From positions 1 to 62,908 of the forward strand of contig CAINVT010000035.1 in NCBI GenBank assembly GCA_903854215.1: DNA of 62,908 nt, given 5' to 3'. This document shows, piece by piece, positions 50,762 to 60,191 of the stretch (position 1 is its first letter; each line of letters starts with the position of its first letter). The position numbers and the translations under genes were made by a program. The notes under the pieces are model-generated. The model was not told where the DNA came from and did no database searches. It saw nothing but the letters and a program-made list of their open reading frames with translations. The stretch is from an uncultured bacterium (GTDB taxonomy: Bacteria > Patescibacteriota > Minisyncoccia > Phycocordibacterales > UBA2100).

Positions 50762-51349
50762 ATGAATAAAATGAATGTAACTTCGGCGCGGTTCGTCAAA
50801 GGCGTTGTCGGAGAGGACGATATCCTTACTGATGGAATATCGCAGTATGCCTTCGTGGGGCGGTCGAACGTGGGGAAGTCGAGCATCATCAACTCACTCG
50901 CCGGTGCGAACGATATGGCGCGTGTCGGCAAGAAACCGGGGAAGACTACGGAGATCAACTTTTTTCTCGCGAACGATGCGTTCTACCTCGTCGACTTGCC
51001 GGGGTATGGCTTTGCCAAGGCGTCGCTCGCGACTCGTGAGAAGATCCGCGCACTTATCGTATGGTATCTGACTGAATCTGGTGCCCGGCCAGCATGTGTC
51101 GCTCTTGTGGTTGATTCAAAAGTAGGATTGACTGATTTTGACCGCGAGATGCTCTCGCTCCTTATCCATGAACATCATCCGTTCGTGATCGCACTCAGTA
51201 AAGTCGATCGTCTCACGCAAAAGGAGACGAGCGCATGTATCAAAGATGTTGAGGCGCTTGCTCCCGGGGTGCCCATCATCGCATGCTCATCGCAGACCGG
51301 ACGCGGTATCGGTCAACTCGATGGGGCGATATTCGGACCGAGTTCGTGA
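50762..51349 (+). CDS. engB: Ribosome biogenesis GTPase YihA/YsxC
   Basis: GRSNVGKSS, KPGKT, DLPGYG, SKVD. Confidence 0.95.
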   Translation: MNKMNVTSARFVKGVVGEDDILTDGISQYAFVGRSNVGKSSIINSLAGANDMARVGKKPGKTTEINFFLANDAFYLVDLPGYGFAKASLATREKIRALIVWYLTESGARPACVALVVDSKVGLTDFDREMLSLLIHEHHPFVIALSKVDRLTQKETSACIKDVEALAPGVPIIACSSQTGRGIGQLDGAIFGPSS

Positions 51350-51389
51350 CCGCCCCTCATTTCATCATTGATTTTGATAGAATCCGGTT

Positions 51390-52010
51390 ATGCGAAAGCC
51401 TATGTTGAACCGAGAACTTGTTGAAAGGGAATTACCAAGGGAAGGTCTTCTGGTATTCAACGAATCCCTACTTAGGAATCAGGAGTTGTCGGGAGCGCAC
51501 TTTGAAGAAGCTCGTCTTGACCAATGCAAACTTGAAAACATTACATTCAGCGAGGTGGAGATTGATGAGTCGAAAGTGACCGACTGTATTTTTAACAAGT
51601 GTAATTTTGCGGGGGTCAGACTTAATGAGGCTTTCTTTTCTCGCACCGAATTCGTACGTTCTCGACTGCAAGGTCTTCAAATAGATGCGGCGATACTGAA
51701 GGATGTGAACTTCAAGTCATGCAAGCTGCAATCATCGAATTTTCGTTTCGCGAAGCTGAAGGATGTCGTATTTGAAGACTGCGATCTGTCGGAAGCAGAT
51801 TTCGTCGGTGCAGAGCTCGAGAACGTGACCTTTAAGAATTGCAACGTAGCGAGCGTCGAATTTTCCCAGGCACGACTCAAGGTTGTGAAATTGAGCGGTT
51901 CAAATATCGAAAATATCCGCATTACTGCCGACTCTTCCAGAGGACTGATCGTTGATACCGGCCAAGCACTTTATTTGGCTTCCCTGTTCGGTCTGTCTAT
52001 CGAAGATTAG
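51390..52010 (+). CDS. Pentapeptide-repeat protein
   Basis: Recurrent A/C-x-L/F-x-x units (CDLSEADFVGAELENVTF). Confidence 0.88.
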   Translation: MRKPMLNRELVERELPREGLLVFNESLLRNQELSGAHFEEARLDQCKLENITFSEVEIDESKVTDCIFNKCNFAGVRLNEAFFSRTEFVRSRLQGLQIDAAILKDVNFKSCKLQSSNFRFAKLKDVVFEDCDLSEADFVGAELENVTFKNCNVASVEFSQARLKVVKLSGSNIENIRITADSSRGLIVDTGQALYLASLFGLSIED

Positions 52011-52090
52011 ATTATGTGTTCTGGACATTGGATGAAGGTTCCGACATTGTCCATGATATGCGGTAAAAAAGTTTTGATATAATTCTCCTT

Positions 52091-52342
52091 ATGAAAAAGA
52101 AAATGATCGCCGGTGGTGTGGTACACAAAATTCCGGATGATCTTCGGAAAGCTCTCACCTCGACTCCAGCCGCGCGGGCAGTGTGGGAAGATATCACACC
52201 GCTTGCACGCAATGAGTGGATCTGCTGGGTGACGTCCGGCAAAAAAGCGGAAACAAGAGGTATCCGGATTGAGAAGGCGCTCTCGAAACTTACCGGCGGA
52301 ATGCGTCGACCGTGTTGTTGGGCGGGCTGTACGCATCGTTAA
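52091..52342 (+). CDS. YdeI/OmpD-associated family protein
   Basis: PDDLRKAL, WEDITPLARNEWICWV, KKAETR, RRPCCWAGC. Confidence 0.8.
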   Translation: MKKKMIAGGVVHKIPDDLRKALTSTPAARAVWEDITPLARNEWICWVTSGKKAETRGIRIEKALSKLTGGMRRPCCWAGCTHR

Positions 52343-52416
52343 ATGATACAGACGGCGATGGATGAAGTGTTTCCAGCCCCATATCATCTTCACTGGTCAC
52401 GTGCTATATTTTTCAT

Positions 52417-52971
52417 ATGAAAAAATACTTAGTGATCGCGGCGCTTATCGGACTCCTTATTGTTGCTGCAGTATTGATCTGGCCGGGTAAATCTGAAGCT
52501 CCTATACAATCCCCGACGGGAGCAGAGGCCGGATACAAAGATGCGGCGTACATCATCGAAGGACAACCGGTCAAGCTTGTCGACGGAAGATCGGCTATTG
52601 CGATTGCGCCAGGTTCCGCGTCAGAGATCGTCACACAATATTTTGGTAATGAAGCGGCAGGTGATCTCAATGGTGACGGCGTTCCTGATGTCGCATTCAT
52701 CCTCACGCAAACCACCGGCGGAAGCGGTACCTTTTATTATGTCGTCGCGGCGTTGAAGACCGCGACCGGCTATCAGGGAACCAATGCGGTATTGCTGGGT
52801 GATCGCATTGCGCCGCAAACGACCGAGATTGCTAATGACCGAATTGTCGTCAATTATGCCGATCGCGCAAAAGGGGAACCGATGAGCACGGCTCCATCTC
52901 TCGGCATAAGCAAATATTTGACGATCACCGGTACGACGCTTGCGGAATCTCCGACGACTGCTTTGAAATAA
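52417..52971 (+). CDS. Exported hypothetical protein
   Basis: N-terminal TM/signal; GDLNGDG, GGSGTFYY, LGDRIAPQ. Confidence 0.75.
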   Translation: MKKYLVIAALIGLLIVAAVLIWPGKSEAPIQSPTGAEAGYKDAAYIIEGQPVKLVDGRSAIAIAPGSASEIVTQYFGNEAAGDLNGDGVPDVAFILTQTTGGSGTFYYVVAALKTATGYQGTNAVLLGDRIAPQTTEIANDRIVVNYADRAKGEPMSTAPSLGISKYLTITGTTLAESPTTALK

Positions 52972-53034
52972 AAGCTACATAAAAAATAAACGTGTCCGCG
53001 CTTTCATTTCGTGGTAAGCTATCGACCATAAAAT

Positions 53035-54342
53035 ATGGATACGGTTTCAAAAAAAGCGTCATGGACTGAACGGACTGTCGCATCGGCACAGTCCGTCATT
53101 TCTGGTGAACAAAAAGGATGGCGTCGCCTGTTGCCGTTCCTTGGTCCGGCGATCATCGCGTCGATCGCCTATGAAGACCCGGGTAATTTTGCGACCAACA
53201 TCCAAGGTGGCGCGGAATTCGGCTACATGCTCCTCTGGGTGATCGTGGTCGCCAATGTAATGGCGATGCTGTTTCAGGGACTTTCGGCGAAGCTCGGTAT
53301 CGTGACGGGCAAGAGCTTGGCGACGCTGTGCAAAGAACAATTTCCGCAGTGGCTCGTGTATTGCATGTGGGCGGGCAGCGAGGTCGCCGCGATTGCGACT
53401 GATCTGGCAGAATTTCTCGGCGCATCGATCGGCTTGAGTCTTCTTTTTGGGTTGCCGCTTCTCGTGAGTTTTGTGATCGTCGGGATCGGTACGTACGCGA
53501 TACTGCATTTGCAAGGATACGGATTTCGTCCGATGGAAATGGTCATCGCGGGTTTTGTTTCTGTCATCAGCTTGAGCTATCTCGCCGAGATCATCTTTTC
53601 GCGGCCGGATTGGATCGCGTTCGCATACCATTCAGTGGTACCGCACCTTGCAGGACCGAGCAGTGTGACGCTTGCGGTCGGGATCGTCGGTGCAACGGTC
53701 ATGCCGCACGCCATCTATTTGCATTCAAATCTCACCCAGAACAGAGTGCCGACAAAAACCGATGAAGAACGACATGTGGTCCTGCGATTCTCGAATACGG
53801 AAGTTTTGATTGCGCTCGTCATGGCGGGCATTGTAAACATGGCGATGCTCGCGATGGCGGCATCGGTGTTTTACATGTCGGGCAATCAGGGTGTTGCCGA
53901 TATCACGACGGCGTATCGAACACTCATTCCTTTGATGGGGCCCGCTGCCGGCGGTGTCTTTCTCGTATCGCTCCTCGCGTCGGGTTTCTCGAGTTCTGTA
54001 GTGGGAACGATGGCGGGGCAGACCATCATGCAGGACTTCGTCGGCTTCGTTATTCCGCTGTGGGTTCGTCGGCTCGTGACTATGGTGCCGCCCCTTGTGA
54101 TCATCGCAATGGGTATCGATGCGACGCAGGCGCTCGTCGTAAGCCAGGTCGTGTTGAGTATCATTCTTCCGATACCAGTCATCGCGCTCATCGTGCTCAC
54201 TTCGCGTCGCGATATCATGGGTGTATTCGTCAACAAACGTCTCACAAAAGCTGCGGCGATTGTCGGTGGTTGTGTCATTGTGATACTCAATGTGATCTTG
54301 CTATCACAACTCGCCGGAATCGGGATTCCATTTTTGAAGTGA
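53035..54342 (+). CDS. mntH: Nramp-family divalent metal transporter
   Basis: DPGNFATN, GATVMPH, GTMAGQ, VVSQV. Confidence 0.95.
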   Translation: MDTVSKKASWTERTVASAQSVISGEQKGWRRLLPFLGPAIIASIAYEDPGNFATNIQGGAEFGYMLLWVIVVANVMAMLFQGLSAKLGIVTGKSLATLCKEQFPQWLVYCMWAGSEVAAIATDLAEFLGASIGLSLLFGLPLLVSFVIVGIGTYAILHLQGYGFRPMEMVIAGFVSVISLSYLAEIIFSRPDWIAFAYHSVVPHLAGPSSVTLAVGIVGATVMPHAIYLHSNLTQNRVPTKTDEERHVVLRFSNTEVLIALVMAGIVNMAMLAMAASVFYMSGNQGVADITTAYRTLIPLMGPAAGGVFLVSLLASGFSSSVVGTMAGQTIMQDFVGFVIPLWVRRLVTMVPPLVIIAMGIDATQALVVSQVVLSIILPIPVIALIVLTSRRDIMGVFVNKRLTKAAAIVGGCVIVILNVILLSQLAGIGIPFLK

Positions 54343-54376
54343 TATCAATGCGGTTCTGTAGTATGATGTCTTGAAT

Positions 54377-55108
54377 ATGGCAATCGTCTATCACACGCAT
54401 CATACGCATAACGAACCGCATTCGATGACTGATGCCGGCTCAAAGCTCAACTGGTTGCGTGCCGCAGTCTTGGGGGCGAATGACGGGATCGTCTCGGTCG
54501 CGTCGATCGTCGTCGGTGTCGCCGGTGCGTCGAATAATTCCCCCGGTTTTATTCTTACAGCGGGCGTCGCGGGGCTCGTGGCTGGTGCGCTTTCGATGGC
54601 GGCAGGGGAATATGTGTCGGTGAGTACGCAAAGCGATACCGAAAAAGCATTGCTCGCAAAAGAACGCTGGGAATTGGAAAATTTGCCCGAAGAGGAACTG
54701 AGCGAACTTGCGAATATCTATGAGCAAAAAGGCTTGAGCAAAGCGACTGCACACACGGTCGCTCTCGAGCTTACGGCGCACGATGCATTCGCAGCGCACG
54801 TCGATGCTGAACTGCATATCAATCCCGACGACCTGACCAATCCATGGTACGCCGCGATCGCGTCGGCACTGTCGTTTTTTGTCGGTGCGATCATTCCGCT
54901 CATCGCTATCCTTCTACCGCCCGCCCCTTGGCGCATACCCGTCACCTTCATCTCCGTTCTTGTCGCACTTGCGGCGACCGGTGCACTCTCGGCTCATGTC
55001 GGCGGGGCAAAGAAGATGAAAGCGACGATACGCGTCATTATCGGCGGTGCCGTTGCGATGGTAGTCACCTATTCGATCGGAAAGGCGTTCGGGGTAATGG
55101 GGATCTAG
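54377..55108 (+). CDS. VIT1/CCC1 family Fe/Mn transporter
   Basis: LRAAVLGANDGIVS, SMAAGEYVSV. Confidence 0.93.
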   Translation: MAIVYHTHHTHNEPHSMTDAGSKLNWLRAAVLGANDGIVSVASIVVGVAGASNNSPGFILTAGVAGLVAGALSMAAGEYVSVSTQSDTEKALLAKERWELENLPEEELSELANIYEQKGLSKATAHTVALELTAHDAFAAHVDAELHINPDDLTNPWYAAIASALSFFVGAIIPLIAILLPPAPWRIPVTFISVLVALAATGALSAHVGGAKKMKATIRVIIGGAVAMVVTYSIGKAFGVMGI

Positions 55109-55112
55109 CCCG

Positions 55113-56408
55113 CTATTTATTTTTTTTATTTGCAACGCTCGCTGCCGCCGAAGATCCGGCGACATATCCGGTCGTCCAGCATAGTTGCAGGCTGTAACCA
55201 CCGGACGGCCGATCGATGTCGAGGAGGTCTCCTATAATGTACAGATTTTCATACATGTGCGAACTCATCGTTTTGAAATCGATCTCGGTAAGCGCGACGC
55301 CGCCTGACGTGATGATCGCTTTCTCGGAGCCGAGTACGTGACTGACTTCGAAGCGGAGATGCTTAAGCGTTTTCATGAGCGCGATACGAGAATCGCGTGT
55401 CACGCTGTGGCATGCGGTGTCGGGGTCAATGCCGGTGCGCGACAGGATATGCGGGACGAGTGCCGGAGCGACGACGGTCCGAAGTGCGTTCCGTATCACT
55501 TTGTTGGAATTTTCTTTGAATAAAGCCTGGAGCGAAGCGTTCACTTTTTCATAACCCATGTCAGCCATGAGATCGAGTTCGATCGTGACATTGCCGTATT
55601 TGAGCAATTCGTCTACTTCGCGGCTCATGTTGAGTATGCCGGGGCCGCTCAGACCCACATGCGTGAAAAGCACTTTGCCACGACTCTGTGCTTGCTTCAC
55701 GTTGTTTTGAAAAAGTGTGATTTTCGCGTCGGGTAGGCTCACTCCAGCAGCATCTTTCACCGGCTCGGTGAGTGCAATCGGGACGAGCGAAGCGGATGGT
55801 TCGCGCACCGTGTGGCCGAGCGTGCGCAACCAGGTATACCCGTCGCCCGTAGAGCCAGTCTCCGGATGCGAAGTGCCGCCAGTGGCGAGGACGAACGATT
55901 TCGCGCGGATGATTTTTCCGCCGCGGATATTCGCGTGAGTTACGTTTGATTCGTCAGTACTGAGTCCTGTTACGGTCGCATCCGAAAGTATAGTCACCGA
56001 AGATTCTCTAAGATAGGCGACCAGTACGTCCCAGACCGACTGTGAAGAATCGGAAACAGGAAAGACTCGTTGGTGTGCTTCGACTTTTGTCTGCATGTTG
56101 CGCGTATGAAAAAAGTCGAGCGTTTCGAGGATGCCCCATGCGGCGAAAGGGGATGCGAGGAACTTGCCGTCATCTTTGTACTTTGCGAGGAACTTCTGAC
56201 GATCCGGTTCCGCATTCGTGACATTGCAACGCCCCCCGCCGGTGATGAGCAGCTTCTTCCCGAGTGAATGATTCTTCTCGATGAGGATCACTCGTGCCCC
56301 GAGCGAAGCAGCACGTCCTGCCGCCATCATGCCTGCCGGTCCGCCGCCGATCACCGCGACATCCCAGAGAGTTTCTGATGCGGCCTCGATCGCTGAGAAT
56401 ATCTGCAT
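55113..56408 (-). CDS. HI0933/BaiN-family flavoprotein
   Basis: GGGPAGMMAA, ITGGGRCNVTN, GSTGDG, GGYSLQ. Confidence 0.92.
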   Translation of the reverse strand: MQIFSAIEAASETLWDVAVIGGGPAGMMAAGRAASLGARVILIEKNHSLGKKLLITGGGRCNVTNAEPDRQKFLAKYKDDGKFLASPFAAWGILETLDFFHTRNMQTKVEAHQRVFPVSDSSQSVWDVLVAYLRESSVTILSDATVTGLSTDESNVTHANIRGGKIIRAKSFVLATGGTSHPETGSTGDGYTWLRTLGHTVREPSASLVPIALTEPVKDAAGVSLPDAKITLFQNNVKQAQSRGKVLFTHVGLSGPGILNMSREVDELLKYGNVTIELDLMADMGYEKVNASLQALFKENSNKVIRNALRTVVAPALVPHILSRTGIDPDTACHSVTRDSRIALMKTLKHLRFEVSHVLGSEKAIITSGGVALTEIDFKTMSSHMYENLYIIGDLLDIDRPSGGYSLQLCWTTGYVAGSSAAASVANKKNK

Positions 56409-56507
56409 CGCGCTATACTATCTCAGATTCACGCTATTTGCAGGTGTCCGCGGTACCATATCCACGTATGAGTTTGCAGTCTATACTGAGCGGCGTAATG
56501 ACCTGAT

Positions 56508-57128
56508 ATGAATCTATCCAATACCGTGCAACTCCTCATCGAATATCGGTATTTGATCCTGATACCGCTCGCGATCATCGAAGGACCGATCGTAGCTTTT
56601 ATCGCGGGAACTTTGGCGAGCCTCGGCTATTTTAATATCTATGTGCTCTCGGTCTTCTTCTTCATACGAGATGTCGGAATGGATAGTTTATTTTACAGCG
56701 TCGGATATTTTGGCACGCGTACCGCGCTCGCCCAGCGTCTCTTGCGGAAACTTCATGTCACCGAACAGAATCTCGATGGCATCCGCTTGCTCTGGGAACA
56801 TCATCCGATGTCGACGATGTTCATCGGCAAGATCTCATTCGGGCTCGGATCGACCTTCGTCTTTATCGCCGGTACGGTGAAGATGCGATTCGCGACGTTT
56901 TTCAAATACGGATCAATCGTCGCCGCTACGCAATATTGGACACTGCTCGCGCTCGGGTATTTTTTCGGTAATTCGTTCGGCGGGAATATTTCAAATATCT
57001 TGTCGAACATCGAGTATCTCATCGCCGGTATCAGTATCGTCGTCATGATCTATTATTTCGTCAGTTGGCGTCTGCGACGCCGTTTGTTGAATGAGGCGGA
57101 AGGGGAGGAAGAAGTGCAAGAAAAATAG
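56508..57128 (+). CDS. DedA-family membrane protein
   Basis: IIEGP, D-x-x-x-Y-x-x-G, AGTVKM-F-x-F pattern. Confidence 0.8.
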   Translation: MNLSNTVQLLIEYRYLILIPLAIIEGPIVAFIAGTLASLGYFNIYVLSVFFFIRDVGMDSLFYSVGYFGTRTALAQRLLRKLHVTEQNLDGIRLLWEHHPMSTMFIGKISFGLGSTFVFIAGTVKMRFATFFKYGSIVAATQYWTLLALGYFFGNSFGGNISNILSNIEYLIAGISIVVMIYYFVSWRLRRRLLNEAEGEEEVQEK

Positions 57129-57249
57129 TTGATCGTAAGAGGTTTAGTCATTACGTAGATGCTTTAAGCAGACAGAAACAACAGGTTTACAAAAAATGAC
57201 ACCGAGCGTAGTATCGGCCTAGGTTGACAACAGTTCAAACAGCGAGGTA

Positions 57250-58290
57250 ATGCTTATGTCCCAATCGTCCTTCAAGGATCGCGCCTTGCGCGAGTTGGAC
57301 GTTTTGCATCCGTCCAAGATGCGGCTCATCACGATGCTTCCACCGCTTTCCGAGCGTCTGAACCCCTTCGTTGGAGACGGTGTCATCATCCGTCCGGCCC
57401 TGATGTATTCCGCTCAGGGCGGGTTCAACAAACTCGCACCTGCGTGGGGAATGATCAGAAGAGGGATAGAGAACGACACGATTACCGAAAGAGCGACACT
57501 CGTCGCGGCCTCAAGCGGACAGACCGCTCGCGGACTTGCGCACATCTGCAAACGTCTCGGGCTAGGATTCATTGCAGTAATGAAATCGGACGTTCCCAGT
57601 CAGAAGGTGAACGCTGTTTCGTTCTACGGCGTTCCGGTCGAAGTCCTGCAGACACCGTTCAACACCATCGAGCGCGCCATCAAGGAAGCGAAGATGGAAA
57701 ATTGTGTCGTTATTGATCAGTACAATGATCCCGCCAATGCCGGGTCGCAGTGCGAGTTCATGGCACCGCAACTCTGGTTGGATCCCGAATGCCACAATGA
57801 TGTCATCGTCATTGCAGGCGGAACGCTCGCCACTGCAATCGGCACTGAACAACACGCTAAAAAGCACGGATATTCGAGTTCGGTCATTCTTGCTATCTGC
57901 GCGGACGGAGAAGAAATTCCAGCCGGCCGCACTGAACAGAGTATCCGTAGGGAAGTCAAGAACGGTTCGCTGGATGATTTCAGTGAAGTGTACAAAGTCA
58001 GTAGGTATGCCGCGTTTGTTGCAGCTGCCGCGCTTTCCCACGAGCTAAACTGGACTATGCCTGGACCGACTTCAGGGATGGCTTTCGTAGGTAGTCTAAA
58101 GCTCATCTCCAAGCATCGGCAGGAAGGAACACTCGATCGAATGCGTGGCCCCGATGGAACCATCCATATTACGTTCTTGTGTCCGGATGGAATGGAATGG
58201 TACTTTGAGATCGCGAAAGCCGAATTGCACGGGGAACGCGACTTCGAAGCCAAACGAATCTTGGGTGAACGTCTACTTCTGCTCCCGTAG
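57250..58290 (+). CDS. PLP-dependent fold-type II (cysteine synthase-like) enzyme, divergent
   Basis: GGFNK, AASSGQTA, DQYNDPAN, GPTSG, LCPDG; GAGGT upstream. Confidence 0.7.
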   Translation: MLMSQSSFKDRALRELDVLHPSKMRLITMLPPLSERLNPFVGDGVIIRPALMYSAQGGFNKLAPAWGMIRRGIENDTITERATLVAASSGQTARGLAHICKRLGLGFIAVMKSDVPSQKVNAVSFYGVPVEVLQTPFNTIERAIKEAKMENCVVIDQYNDPANAGSQCEFMAPQLWLDPECHNDVIVIAGGTLATAIGTEQHAKKHGYSSSVILAICADGEEIPAGRTEQSIRREVKNGSLDDFSEVYKVSRYAAFVAAAALSHELNWTMPGPTSGMAFVGSLKLISKHRQEGTLDRMRGPDGTIHITFLCPDGMEWYFEIAKAELHGERDFEAKRILGERLLLLP

Positions 58291-58357
58291 CAGAACCTCG
58301 TGGCCCGACTGCTGTACGCAGTCGGGCCGCTATTTTTATATGTTACAATCCATTTTC

Positions 58358-59386
58358 ATGATTGAACAACCATTGACCTACTCAGAGATGAAAGACAAGA
58401 CGGGGCTCACGATTCTCTATTCACCACGGGCGGATGCGAGTGTTGCGGTCATTGCAGAGTCTGACAACGCGGCGCCGCTTGAAGTCGTTTTCTCAAATAT
58501 GCAGATTGATGAAGCGCATATTCTCTACATGGAAGCGACCGAGTTGTTGCATTCGCGCGCGGGGATGAACGAAGATCCGGCATCTATTCGTGATGCAGTT
58601 GCGAAACTCTTCGCACTATTTCGCGGCGAGAAGGTCACTTTCGCGCCACCTCCCATTGCTCCGCGACCGCCGTCGGGAGAATTCGTAGCGAATCCCGGCA
58701 AGGTAATCGATATCGACGTCGATGGTGTGACCTATGCGCGCCTTCCGGTGCGTACACGGCTCATCACGATGGAGGAAACCGATATCATGCCGCTCTTGGA
58801 TGAATACGTCGGTCCATATCTCAAACCCGACGACCTACTCTTCATCAGCGAAAAGGCGCTCACGATCACGCAGGGTCGGGTGGTTGATATGAGTACGATC
58901 AATCCGAGCTGGCTCGCGCGCATCCTTGCGCGGAATGTCGGCAATAATTACGGATCAGAAGATTTCCATGGATTTGGTCATGGTACGACAATCGCCATGC
59001 AACTCTTCATCGAGGAGGCGGGATATCCGCGCATTATCTTCGCGGCATTCATCTCTGCTATCACACGCCCCCTTGGTATTCGCGGACTTTTTTATAGCAT
59101 TTGCGGCCTACGTGCAAAGTCGATCGATTGCCCGATGTCATTCCTCATTCTCGAATATGCGCACAGCGCGAAGCTCGCTCCCAATTATCCATCCGGCGTC
59201 GCACGCGACATACGAGATCGTTTCCAGTGCGAGACTGTCATTCTCGATGCCAACTATCGCGGCGCGTTCAGTCTCGGCAAATCATCGCGCGCGCTTACAG
59301 AAATCTTCATCGGCAAACTCTTCCGTGACAATCCGCTCGGTCAATCCGACGAAATGACACCGTTTTGTATCGTACGGAAGGTCTAA
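58358..59386 (+). CDS. F420-0:gamma-glutamyl ligase (CofE)-like protein with N-terminal extension
   Basis: LPVRTRLI, FISEKA-x-I-x-QGR, DNPLGQSDEMTPFCIVR. Confidence 0.7.
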   Translation: MIEQPLTYSEMKDKTGLTILYSPRADASVAVIAESDNAAPLEVVFSNMQIDEAHILYMEATELLHSRAGMNEDPASIRDAVAKLFALFRGEKVTFAPPPIAPRPPSGEFVANPGKVIDIDVDGVTYARLPVRTRLITMEETDIMPLLDEYVGPYLKPDDLLFISEKALTITQGRVVDMSTINPSWLARILARNVGNNYGSEDFHGFGHGTTIAMQLFIEEAGYPRIIFAAFISAITRPLGIRGLFYSICGLRAKSIDCPMSFLILEYAHSAKLAPNYPSGVARDIRDRFQCETVILDANYRGAFSLGKSSRALTEIFIGKLFRDNPLGQSDEMTPFCIVRKV

Positions 59387-60106
59387 ATGTGGGACTTACG
59401 AAGTCCCACATCAATTCGTCATTCGAGCCTCATTCCTTTTAGTATGGTAACTTCGCGGTCTCGCAAGAAGCTTGATGTTGCTTTCCGTATGTCTCCGAAT
59501 ACGCCGATAAACAGCTCCTTTGTGATTAGTGATGGAATGTTGTGCTGACCGCAATAATCGAGATAGCTACTCCACCGGTATTCATCTAAGTGGTTCAATG
59601 CATTTTCTGTACTTTGGATATATCCCTCTCGCCAATTTTTGGAATCTTCAAAAAAATCGAGCGGGTTGAGGTGAATATAGTGGAGTATGTATAAGAAATG
59701 AGGTTCGGATGCGATCAAAATCTTCTTTGTCCGTCCCTGGAATAAAGTGCCACTACGCTCATATCGCTCATTAAAATATTTTGCATATCCGATATTGAGC
59801 TTACGGATAAACTGCGTAAGGCCGCCCTCAATGCGCTCAGACAATAGTAAATGATAGTGGTTTCCCATCAAGACCCAGCCGTGTATATCCACCAATCTTT
59901 GGCGTTTGTGCAATGTGGGACTTACGAAGTCCCACATGGGAGAACGATAGGCATCGGGAGCAGGTATTGTGTCGTTGAACTCGTAGAGATTATGAACGAA
60001 GCGCGCACGATCGCCGTCATCGATGAAGATCTCTCGCTTATCTACGCCTCGATTAAGTACATGGTAAAGTTCCATATCACAATGTGGGACTTACGAAGTC
60101 CCGCAT
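59387..60106. repeat. Three copies of 25-bp palindrome ATGTGGGACTT-ACG-AAGTCCCACAT (REP-like)
   Basis: 59387-59411, 59913-59937 (inside transposase ORF), 60082-60106 (one mismatch). Confidence 0.92.
59419..60075 (-). CDS. REP-associated tyrosine (Y1/HUH) transposase
   Basis: YHVLNRG, MGNHYHLL, YIHLNP, YRWSSY. Confidence 0.92.
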   Translation of the reverse strand: MELYHVLNRGVDKREIFIDDGDRARFVHNLYEFNDTIPAPDAYRSPMWDFVSPTLHKRQRLVDIHGWVLMGNHYHLLLSERIEGGLTQFIRKLNIGYAKYFNERYERSGTLFQGRTKKILIASEPHFLYILHYIHLNPLDFFEDSKNWREGYIQSTENALNHLDEYRWSSYLDYCGQHNIPSLITKELFIGVFGDIRKATSSFLRDREVTILKGMRLE

Positions 60107-60191
60107 AAATCGACGTCGACGCAAAACGTCAAATATAAAAACGGCGAGCGAAGACCCCTTCCGCATCCATTAAGTATATCAAAAATAATTT

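Larger units (their letters stand above)
47664..52063 (+). repeat. Dispersed att-like direct repeats, consensus AGAAAAGTTCCAACATC-GTCC-N7-CCAGC (~9 copies)
   Basis: Copies at ~47681-47713, 48197-48223, 48244-48277, 49048-49075, 49534-49568, 49593-49625, 49905-49937, 50268-50296, 52034-52063. Confidence 0.85.

Noticed and set aside
47664..52063. CRISPR array
   Set aside because: Repeats are degenerate, spacing ranges from a few bp to ~1.7 kb and contains whole genes; no cas genes
47664..52063. Classical integron attC sites
   Set aside because: No RYYYAAC...GTTRRRY palindromic structure and no tyrosine integrase in the window
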